Shown: one piece after another, positions 38,892-48,259 of the stretch | Layout of the letters: each line of letters opens with the position of its first letter | Numbering within the stretch: position 1 is the first letter of the stretch | Assembly (NCBI GenBank): GCA_965603825.1 | Contig: CBFDEM010000038.1 | Location: 310,001 to 374,000 of the forward strand | Length of the DNA: 64,000 bases | Origin: Blepharisma stoltei ATCC 30299 | Taxonomy: Eukaryota; Protista; Ciliophora | Direction: 5' to 3' | The notes under the pieces: generated by a model | What the model saw: the letters and a program-made list of their open reading frames with translations, nothing else | What the model was told of the DNA's origin: nothing | Databases searched by the model: none | Program-made: the position numbers and the translations under genes

Positions 38892-39971
38892 ATGGACTTA
38901 GATGTTGATCTATCAATAAAGGTACCTGTAGAACTTATATTAAAGGAATTCGAATGTCCAGTCTGCTTTGAACACATCAAAGATGCTTGCCTTACAAAAT
39001 GCGGCCACGTTTTCTGCAAAGAATGCATCGAAGAATGCTTAAATCGTCGTCACGAATGTCCCAACTGCAAGATGGAAACCTCCTTGGACCAAATAGTCAG
39101 AAATTTCCATTTAGATGGAGTCCTTAAATTGCTTCTTGAGCAGCGAGAAAAAGCAGCCAAAGAGTTTTACGACCAAATCCTCAATCAAGTAATCCAAAGG
39201 TCAGACTCCGTCAGTAGAAACCCAATCGAAACAGTTTTTCAAGAAAATATGAGAGAAAGCTTGCTGGCTTTCGAAAAATATTACGATGACCTCAAAGAAA
39301 GAAACGAAAGAATGAAAAACAAGCTGAGAGCAGAAGGGATCCCTGAATATGCTGAAAAAGCTGCTGAATTAGACATGCATTTCAACAGAAGCATAGATTT
39401 AATTGTAGAAGGCTACGAGAAACATATGAAATCAATTGCTCCATCCCCAGTACTCCTACCTATAAGATTATTTTTAAAGGTACCTAAAAAAAATTTGACT
39501 TTAGATGTCCATATTCCTAGGACACATACAACGAGAGATTTAGAACAAATAATAGTGGAACATTATAATTCTAAAGGAGATCAAGTTCAGGAATTTGGCC
39601 AAGGAAATTATATAGTCCATCAAGCTGTGCAGTCAGGGGAAAATGATTTTATTATTATAGAGAATCCTATGGATCCGATAGGGAAATTAGATATCACTCC
39701 TGGAAGTGCAATATTTTTCGATGGGAATATTTTATTGAAAAGTGATGCTCCTAAACAATGTTTTACATTGAATTTCCAAAAAGGGCAGGGGATGAAAACT
39801 AATTATTATCATTGCAGCAATTGTGGAATTAGCTGGATTTGTGAGCCTTGCGCACAAAGCTGTCATGTAGGGCATAATGTTAAGATTGCAATCCCCAGCC
39901 ATGAACCGAGCTGGGCTTGCTGCTATTGTGTAAAGAAAGGAAGATGCGTTATTCCAAATAACAAAAAATAA
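38892..39971 (+). CDS. RING-HC E3 ligase with coiled coil and C-terminal UBR-type zinc finger
   Basis: CPVC...CGHVFCKECI...CPNC; C-terminal CFT...YYHCSNC..WICEPCAQSCHVGH...CCYC...C. Confidence 0.85.
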   Translation: MDLDVDLSIKVPVELILKEFECPVCFEHIKDACLTKCGHVFCKECIEECLNRRHECPNCKMETSLDQIVRNFHLDGVLKLLLEQREKAAKEFYDQILNQVIQRSDSVSRNPIETVFQENMRESLLAFEKYYDDLKERNERMKNKLRAEGIPEYAEKAAELDMHFNRSIDLIVEGYEKHMKSIAPSPVLLPIRLFLKVPKKNLTLDVHIPRTHTTRDLEQIIVEHYNSKGDQVQEFGQGNYIVHQAVQSGENDFIIIENPMDPIGKLDITPGSAIFFDGNILLKSDAPKQCFTLNFQKGQGMKTNYYHCSNCGISWICEPCAQSCHVGHNVKIAIPSHEPSWACCYCVKKGRCVIPNNKK

Positions 39972-40020
39972 ATAAGAATTTGATTTTAGAAAATTTTAAA
40001 ATTCTATCTTAGCACGTATT

Positions 40021-40100
40021 GACTGTTTGTCCGAGGGGTCTATGGCGGTAGCTTAAGGTGCTGTTTCGAAAGGGATTGGGTTCAAATCCTATAGCAATCA
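40021..40100 (+). tRNA. tRNA-Leu(AAG), degenerate or pseudogene
   Basis: Cloverleaf: acceptor GACTGTT/AGCAATC + discriminator A, D arm TCC-GAGGGGTCTAT-GGC, anticodon arm GTAGC-TTAAGGT-GCTGT, long variable arm with GAAA loop, T loop GGTTCAAATCC, followed by a TTTT Pol III terminator. Mismatches in acceptor, D and T stems. Confidence 0.75.
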
Positions 40101-40505
40101 TTTTAATTGCCATTTAATTTCCCTTTTATTTGAAAACGCATTTATCTCATTTTTTAAACTTATTTAATTTAATCTCCTACTATTTAAAGACTGTTTTTTT
40201 ATAATGGGCATTCAAATAATGATTCTTTCTTTAATTTTCCTTGAATGAAAAGTATTTTGCTACTTCCATAAGAAAATATGTTTTGAGCTTATTTGCTTTG
40301 TCAAGCACAAAGCATTGTCTTTTTAATTTGTATTATTATGGAAGAAATTAGAAAATTCTAGTTTGTAACCGATTGAGATAAATACTTAGCTGGTTTTTGA
40401 CTGAATTTAAATACTTAAAATAAGTATGTATAACTGTCCTTGCATACTTATCTTTCCTGTCAAGTTGATAAATGCATAAGATTTTTTCTCAAAATTAATT
40501 CTTCA

Positions 40506-41258
40506 ATGTCAATGCTTCTGAAACGACGAGGTCTTCATCATGAGTTTAGTGCTGTGTTTTCAAATACACTCAGCAACCCTGTAGATATTCTAAACTCTCC
40601 GATGATAAAATCTCCTATGAGCACCCCAGCAAGGATCAGCTATGCCGAGCTTAGTGAAGAATTTCATAACTCTGGTGTGAGCTACATGAGGCAACTTTTA
40701 CTAAGAAAAACAGCCTCAAGCTACTATTCTGACTTTGGAATGGACTATGAAAGTACCTATATCCTTTTGAATTCGATCGCGGATATTTTGCTCCTCAACG
40801 AAATTGAAATATTATATTGGTCTTACCTTCTGCAGAGAACTCTGCGCCATAACTTATCTCTACCTCCTCAGAACATATGCAATCTCACCGCATATCTCTC
40901 CAAGATTAGCTTCAATGAAGACATTGAGCCTTTCGAGAAAATCATGGGAGGAACCCAATTCAAGCTGCATTTTAACAACTGGCTGCTCATTACAGATTTC
41001 TCAACAGAGCCTAATCTACGAGAAATTAACAAAATGTTCAGTCAGCTCGTGTATAATATTAAAATGGAAGATGGAGATAAAGACTATGAAGAAATGGTTG
41101 ATAATCTTATGCATACCCCAAAGAGGAAAGAGAGTATGGGCTCTGAGTTAAGGAGCGAGATTTCGAGCATTGGAGATTTAGATGCCGAGCTGATCATTTT
41201 TCAAAAAGATTTTATGTGTGGAGAGAAACTGTCTCCAATCGATGACGATGTAAAATAG
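40506..41258 (+). CDS. Uncharacterised protein with a divergent cyclin-box-like region; paralog of 4864..5823
   Basis: First ATG 40506. NEIEILYWSYLL...TAYLSKISFNEDIEPFE...F..W...REINKMF..L...DYEEMVDNL. Confidence 0.7.
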   Translation: MSMLLKRRGLHHEFSAVFSNTLSNPVDILNSPMIKSPMSTPARISYAELSEEFHNSGVSYMRQLLLRKTASSYYSDFGMDYESTYILLNSIADILLLNEIEILYWSYLLQRTLRHNLSLPPQNICNLTAYLSKISFNEDIEPFEKIMGGTQFKLHFNNWLLITDFSTEPNLREINKMFSQLVYNIKMEDGDKDYEEMVDNLMHTPKRKESMGSELRSEISSIGDLDAELIIFQKDFMCGEKLSPIDDDVK

Positions 41259-41538
41259 TGTAGCATTTAATTAAATGAAGTAAAGTAGGGCACTTAAGAG
41301 ATTTTAACAGGCTTTGATAAAAATCTGATAAAAGCGATGCATTTTATGATTCTAGAAAAGCATTTAGAAAGCAAATAGGCTTCTTTTTCAAAAATCCAGC
41401 AATTTTTGATTAATATTTTATTTAACAAAATGTCTTTATTTTCTTTCATAAATAAAAAAATCAGTACTCATATCATTCTTCTCTGAAGCGGAACTATTAT
41501 TTATTTATTTGTTTTGATTCTAACATAATAATTAATAA

Positions 41539-41892
41539 ATGTCCACAATAGAAACAGCAAGCTTCGAAGAAAGACTAAGACAGGCAGCTAGGTTTAGAGA
41601 AAAATATATTGACCGAGTTCCCATAGTAATTCAAAATGACGAAAGATGCTCACTTCCTCGAACAATGCATAACAATCTGTTTATAATCCCAAAAAATAAT
41701 ACTGCCGGCGATTTATTAGCCCTGATCAGAAAGAAAACCTATTTACCGAAGACACAAGCAATTGCGATGTTTGTAGGGCATCAGAACTTAGTTATGATAG
41801 ATATGACTTTAAGTGAGCTTTATGAAAGATATTCAGACAATGATGGATTTTTGTATATTTTGTGCACAGACCATGAGGTATTTGGCAATTAG
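41539..41892 (+). CDS. ATG8: ATG8/GABARAP-family ubiquitin-like protein, divergent
   Basis: FEER..A...REKY.DRVPIVI, IRK, A..FV, ELYE...D.DGFLYI, C-terminal VFG-N; TAG stop. Confidence 0.92.
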   Translation: MSTIETASFEERLRQAARFREKYIDRVPIVIQNDERCSLPRTMHNNLFIIPKNNTAGDLLALIRKKTYLPKTQAIAMFVGHQNLVMIDMTLSELYERYSDNDGFLYILCTDHEVFGN

Positions 41893-42129
41893 AATCTTTT
41901 ACAAAAAACTGATATAATAGTGTCCTTATAATTTATCGTTAATTATTAAATATTCATTTGTGTGAATTTATATATAAAATTTCTTGATTAAAGAAATTTA
42001 TATAATAAATAAAGAAAATTTATTTGTGTAATTATTATAGGTAGATATATGTTTAATAAACAATAAGATAGGAGCTTTAGCAAGCATCAAATAAAAATTA
42101 TATAAGAGTTATAAATTTAGATAAATAAA

Positions 42130-42432
42130 ATGGATTTTGTTCAATTGGCAAGAGGACTTCTCCCACAAAGCTTCGGAGGAAGAGTTGGAATAGGAGCTTT
42201 AGGACTAATTGGAGCTACATATGTTCTTTCATGGCCTTATAACCTTATTCATTATCATCGAGAAGAAAAATATCGACTCTCTGTTTGCTGGGAACAATAT
42301 TTAGCATATAACAATGCTTCAGAAGAAAGTTATAAGTATTCACCTAGAGAAATAAATAGAAGAAAAATGATGTACAATGAGTGCATATGCTCAGCCCGTA
42401 AAGGAACCAAAATTTATCCTCCAGCCTTATAA
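42130..42432 (+). CDS. Small single-TM protein of unknown function (100 aa)
   Basis: Clean ATG context, one Gly-rich hydrophobic helix, TAA stop. Composition resembles small mitochondrial inner-membrane subunits (inference only). Confidence 0.7.
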   Translation: MDFVQLARGLLPQSFGGRVGIGALGLIGATYVLSWPYNLIHYHREEKYRLSVCWEQYLAYNNASEESYKYSPREINRRKMMYNECICSARKGTKIYPPAL

Positions 42433-42569
42433 GCTAAGAGTTAACACTTCATCTAAATTATTTAAATATCTAATTCTTTTATATTATTGTTCTCAAGTAG
42501 CCTTAAAACTTCGATTATGAGTTAATAAAAATTTAAAATTCTTGAAGAAAAAACTAAGTTTTATACAAC

Positions 42570-44817
42570 TTATAATTCAATAATGTTTCTTTCTTCATGA
42601 TGTCTTCTTAAAGGCTCAATATCAAGGAGGAGATCGGGCAAGCTCTGTATAACTGTGCTATTATATATTGAATCAAGCGACTTTGTGGACTCACTTTTAT
42701 TCATTTCTGTGTACTCAACTGACGCAAGATTTGATGACGTTAGTCCTCGTTTAAGATGGCTTTCTGCCATTTTCTGCTTATTAATTGCTCGAGGGATCAT
42801 CACATCTGACGTCTTAATCCAAGGATGCTGAAGTGCTTCACGGGCGGTTGGTCTTTCGTCGACGTTTCTGTTCATAAGTTTTTTTATGAAATCAGTAGCT
42901 AATGGAGTGTATCTATCCCATAGTCCTTCAAATGGAATAGCTCCATTTAATGTAAGATCGATCAAGACTTGCTTTTCTTTATGGTCGAAAGGAAGTCTTC
43001 CAGCCAATAATAAATATGCGACAATACCAATACTCCAAATATCAGCTTTAAAAGTATACCCTTCTTGGCTCAGCACCTCAGGAGCTGCATATCCTAAAGT
43101 CCCACAAGCTAAAGTCTGTATATCGTTTGGACCAGTAAGCTTTGATAAGCCAAAGTCTGCCAGTTTTATCTGTGGAATATCTGAGGTATCGCCAAGTAAA
43201 ATATTTTCAGGCTTAATATCTCTATGAATAATTCCAACTTCATGCAAATAGCACACAACTTCAAGCAGCTGCTTAATTATTTGGCTTGCTGCGTATTCAG
43301 AGAACACCTTTTTCTTTACAATTCTCTCAAACAATTCTCCTCCTTCCACGATTTCCATGACTATTAACAAATGCTTTTTCGTATCAAAAACTTCTTTTAG
43401 TTGTATTACGTTTGGATGGTCAATTAGCCTCATAATTGCGATTTCTGTCCTTAAGAACTCTTTTTCCTGCTTATTCAGCCGAATTTTATTAATGACTTTG
43501 ACAGCCCATCTCATATTGGTCGAATGCTCAACTGCTTCATATACATCAGAAAATTTCCCATGGCCCAGTCTTTCTTTAAGCTCATAAAATTCTTTGAATT
43601 TCCTTGTTTTCGCAGCATTTTCAAGCATTTTGACCCATTCATCTCGATCAGTTCTTAAATCGCAGTAAATGAGGACTTCTTGGTAAGCTGCATTCTGGTG
43701 AGATAGTGAAATTCCAAATTTATTGGAAACAAGATAGTCACCAATTACATCCACATAACACCCTTCCATAAAAACGACCCCAGAAGGCATGACGTCTTCT
43801 TCATTATCAAAAAATACTAATAAATTCTTTTTTAAAATGGCATATTTTTTTTCCAGTTCATCTTTTTCTTTGTTTTTCTTATAAACAGTCCCAGACATAT
43901 CTATACAGTTTAAGCTAGGAATTTTGCTTGGGCTTATAGGCTCACTGTTGCTTTGGTCACTTTTAGTTTTTGGGGTTTTGCAAATTTTCTTTGGAGAATC
44001 CAAGACTTTTGCAGTAGACGACCAAATGTCTTCTTTAAAAACCGCTGAAAAAAGCTGCAGAATATTAGGGTGTTGGTCAATAAAGTTGACGAATTCTTTA
44101 AATGTGAGCACTCCTCGTTCTCCGTATTGTTCTAAAACTTGAGAAGCTAAGAGCTGGGCTTTAGAGTTGTGATGGCTCATTGTAGACTGAGTTCTGAGAG
44201 AATACGAAGAGCCGCTCCTCGATTTATGGACTATATTGAATTTACTTCTATATTTAGGAGTTCTCATACTAATTACCAAATCTGAAAAAGAGCCCTCAGC
44301 ATTTGCATCTTTTTCCCCTTCTGGAACGATGGTTTTTTCTATAAGTGTTTCTTTCAGCGAATTATGAATCTATATAGCCCTTACAAGTGCTAATAATTCA
44401 GCTCGATCAATATACCCATCCCCACACAAGTCATAAAGATCAAAAATCATTTGCAGTTTTTCCTCATCAGTACCTTTACTGAACCTGGCTATCCCTATCA
44501 TAAAATCTTCAAAACTAATAACGCCACTCCCAGTGGTATCGAATAGCTTGAAAAGCCTTTCACTTAGCATGCCCTGAATAATTTTTTACAGGCAGTGGGA
44601 AGAATTGGATAAACGTTTCTTTATCGATATTTTGGTGCGAGTCTGTTCTCCTTGACAAATCAATATATAGCTCTCTTAAGAGGCTTATTTCTTCTTTAGA
44701 AACTGAATGGGAAATACATTTAGAAATAATTGGAGCAATTTTGCCCGATAATTTAAGTATGCTGGTGCTCATATCACATTTTGCGTACGTTCTACCCTTT
44801 GAGCAGCATAAGCCCAT
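42570..44817 (-). CDS. EF-hand + PH + Ser/Thr kinase (apicomplexan CDPK7-like architecture)
   Basis: MGLCCS start; introns 44574-44589 (16 nt) and 44370-44384 (15 nt). FFPLPGMLSERLF, EF-hands DTTGSGVISFEDF and DLCGDGYIDRAEL, PH domain, then GHGKFS, HRDIKPEN, DFG, CGTLGYAAPE. Confidence 0.9.
44370..44384 (-). other. 15-nt spliceosomal intron (GTAAGGGCTATATAG)
   Basis: In-frame TAG just after an EF-hand; removal links to ORF 42570..44279. Confidence 0.85.
44574..44589 (-). other. 16-nt spliceosomal intron (GTAAAAAATTATTCAG)
   Basis: Accounts exactly for the frame change between track ORFs 44560..44817 and 44370..44570. Confidence 0.9.
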
Positions 44818-45751
44818 TTACTAGTTATTATTATTAAAAACAAATTTCTAGTCATACTTTGTTTAATTAAATTTAATAAATTGATTGTGTGGATAGAAAA
44901 CCATTGTGAAAAGATACATAAAATTTAGTTCTAAATTTGAAAACTGTTTGATTATAAAGGGATGAATAAAATTGCAACGCTTAATAATCCGTTGCATATT
45001 TGTGGTTTCTAATTGTTTATATGAATATAAAGATTTGTTTTTTAGGAGAGTGGTAATTGAGAGAGGGAATGGTAAGAATTTGAGTAGAATTTCATTGTCA
45101 GTACTTACAATATGTAAGAAAAAAATAATATGTATATCAATTTTTTGAAATTATTTAGAGAAGTTGTCTGTCTAATTTATAGATTTATTTTATACTTTTT
45201 ACATGCTACCAATCTGAATAAAGATCAACTTTCTAATTTTTGTAAATTTTGAAAAAATTAATATTCACCAAAATGCATAGAGTTAGGGGTAATTTTGATG
45301 TAATAAGCAAAGAAATTGTTATAAAATTGCCTAATTATCAATTATCATTTTTTGAATTTTTGCCATAATAAATTAATATTTCCTCAACAATAAATATGTT
45401 CATAAATCATTTTAAATTTTATTTTTCTCCAATCCTAAAGTTTTTAATAAAAATAAACAAAAAATAACTCTAATCATTGCCCTCCGTTCAAAAAGAATAA
45501 AAATTTTAAAAAAGAAAAGAATCTGGAACGAATGAATAATTAATTCTCATATCATTAAAGATTTACTGGTTAAATCAATTTAAATTAATTTTTATTTTCG
45601 CTAAACAGAACTATTTATTATATTTCTAAATCTGGTCTCCAAATGCTCATTTATTTAACTTAAGCCTCATAAAAATCCTCCTACACTTCTAAAGATTCAA
45701 AAATCATTTGCCTATTCAAATTCAATAAATATTAATTATATTTCGTTTAAA

Positions 45752-46288
45752 CTAGGACTCCTTGCCCCTCCCAAGTAACCAATCCACAACCCTCTCTATA
45801 TTTGTTCCTCTCATTGCACTAATCGAAATTACAAGTCAAGGATTGTCAATCACATAATCTAAATTCAACCCTTGTATAATTTCTGGCTCACTCATATGCG
45901 GATTTATATCAATCTTATTAGCTAAAATCAGCAGTGGGATCCCTACAAGTTCTCTGTCTTCCAGCATCATATGAAGCTCTTTTCTTGATAATGAAATCAA
46001 TTGAGATGCAGACGCATCGACTAAAAACACAATCACGTTGGTTCCTCTTGCATACCGAGCTCATTCAGTTCTATATTGAACTTGTCCTCCAAGATCCCAA
46101 GCCTTGATGGTTAAATTTCCTTGTTGGACTGTCCTTACATTTAATCCAATTGTTGGGACTGTTTGTCCGGGACTTCCTGATGAGAGCTGGTTGATAAAAG
46201 TGGTTTTTCCAGAGTTTTCAAGCCCAACGATGACCATTTCCATTTTCCTTGAGAAGAGCGATCTTAATTTTGCTAAGAGAGATCCCAT
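45752..46288 (-). CDS. Arf-like small GTPase related to Arl8 (178 aa)
   Basis: GLENSGKT, PTIG, WDLGGQ, E-W(TGA)-ARY, NKID, ISA; second TGA at 45836; TAG 45752-45754. Confidence 0.92.
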
Positions 46289-46488
46289 CTTGATTATGTA
46301 ATCAATTGTTTATATAATCTGAGTTTAAAGCACAAAGTATTGAGGAGAATTAAATATATTTTCTATAAAGGTTTACTTAGAAAGCATATAATCCTAATCC
46401 CACTTAGAAAGCATAGGATTTTTAATTGAACTTATAAAAGACTCAAAAAAATAATAAACACAGTTTGGGGTGAAATTAAATAAATAGG

Positions 46489-48171
46489 ATGAGGAAGAGG
46501 ATTGGGAGTTTTATTTCAGGAATCTCTGAAGCTCTCTCCTTTAATCAAGCCACTCTATCTGGAGCTTTAGACGTTATTGTAATTGAGCATGAAGACGGCT
46601 CCATGTTTTGCACTCCTTTCCACGTGAGATTTGGCAAATTTAAACTCCTTAGATCAATGCAAAAAAAAGTAAGAATTGCTGTAAACGGGAAACTCACCGA
46701 TATATGTATGAGGCTTGGAAAAGCTGGGGAAGCCTATTTTATTAAAGGTGAAACCCTAAATGATGCCCCTGATCTGCCTCCTTCTCCTATAATTTCTCCT
46801 GAGCAATGCATACTAGATAACTTAGAAGATCTAGAAGAGGATGAAGAAGATAAAAAATCAGTTGAAGAGCTACTAGTAAAAAGTCCTGAAGCCATTATGA
46901 AAGAGCTTGAACAAGAAACTATCCAAACTAAGTGGGCATGGCCATGGACAAAACCTCCGACTGAAACCAAGCCGAGATCTTCTTATATTGGCTCTATTTT
47001 TGGAATGTTTAGGAAGAAATCAGTCACAATAGAAACTAAGATTGAGGCTAATGAATCTTTTGCAATGTCACTGTGTGGGTACTCAGACACTGATATAGAT
47101 TTAAAAACTTTTGAAGAAAATATTGTTTCTTATGAAGATTTTCAGAGCAATCCTTGAGAAATCATTAGTGACCCGAAATTTGTAGTGAAAATTGATGGGA
47201 AATTTTATAATTGAGAATCCGCTGTGCCTCATATAATGTCAATGCTAGCGTTTAAAAGGCCGCTCTATGATGATCAGAAATCTCCAACACTTTTGCAAAA
47301 AGAAGAAAATAAAGAAGAAAATGGAGATAAGCATCCTGACGTAGAAATAATTACTGATGTTAAAGAAGAAGTTGTATATGAAAAAACATTATTATTAACA
47401 TCTCAGCAGCTTAAACATCTAAACCTCACTAAAGGTGTAAATACAGTCACATATACAGTAGAAGGAGATTATAGAGGTGAGCAGTCTATAACTGGCAAAA
47501 TTTATCTGTGAGACTCCAATAGCAAAATTGTAGTATCAGATATCGATGGAACTATAACACGTTCTGACGTACTTGGCCAATTCCTACCTTTAGTCGGCAA
47601 AGACTGAAGCCATCCTGGTGTTGTAGGCCTCTACAATGGTATAATCCAAAATGGCTACAAACTCCTTTATCTCTCCTCCAGAGCTATTGGACAGGTCGGG
47701 ATAACAAAAGGGTATTTAAATTCCCTCAATCAAAATAATCAGGTATTGCCTGATGGCCCAGTAATTATGAGTCCTGACAGACTGGTTGTGTCTTTTATCA
47801 GAGAAGTCATCAAGCGAATGCCTCAAAAGTTTAAAGCAGGTGTCTTAAGAGACATAGCTTCTCTATTTCCTGAAGATAAAAATCCTTTTTATGCAGGATT
47901 TGGAAATAGAGACACTGATGCGATTGCATACAGGGCTGCAGGAATCTCTCTTCATAAGATCTTCATTATAAGTCCTAATGGGAATGTTAAAACCATTAAC
48001 CAAACATTTGTGAAGTCTTATCTTGAGCTCAATGACGTCGTTTCCGAGCTATTTCCATCATTGAATGGTAATTTTTATTTAGGCTTAGAGGAGTCCTCAA
48101 ATTGGGAATATACAGATTTAAATTATTGGAAGGCTCACTATGCACCCACACTGGAAGATGAAGTTGATTAA
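46489..48171 (+). CDS. PAH1: Lipin/Pah1 phosphatidate phosphatase (560 aa)
   Basis: N-LIP ([28 protein letters not shown]); HAD motif [10 protein letters not shown]; KD-W(TGA)-SH; YLSSRAIGQ; AGFGNR.TD. Four in-frame TGAs. Confidence 0.95.
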
Positions 48172-48259
48172 TTATCATGAAATAATCTTTATTAATTACC
48201 AGGTCTATTTGTTATAAGCATTTTTATTGTGATAACATTTCAACTGGTGAATAAATAAA

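Noticed and set aside
44263-44276. Candidate 14-nt intron GTAATTAGTATGAG in the CDPK7-like gene
   Set aside because: Wrong length, GAG acceptor, and removal would break an open frame.
44818-45751. Long AT-rich spacer as a possible retained IES, MITE or hidden gene (also 20031-20818 and 37111-37823)
   Set aside because: No terminal inverted repeats, transposase remnants, telomeric repeats or coding-like frame found by eye; germline versus somatic read comparison would be needed.
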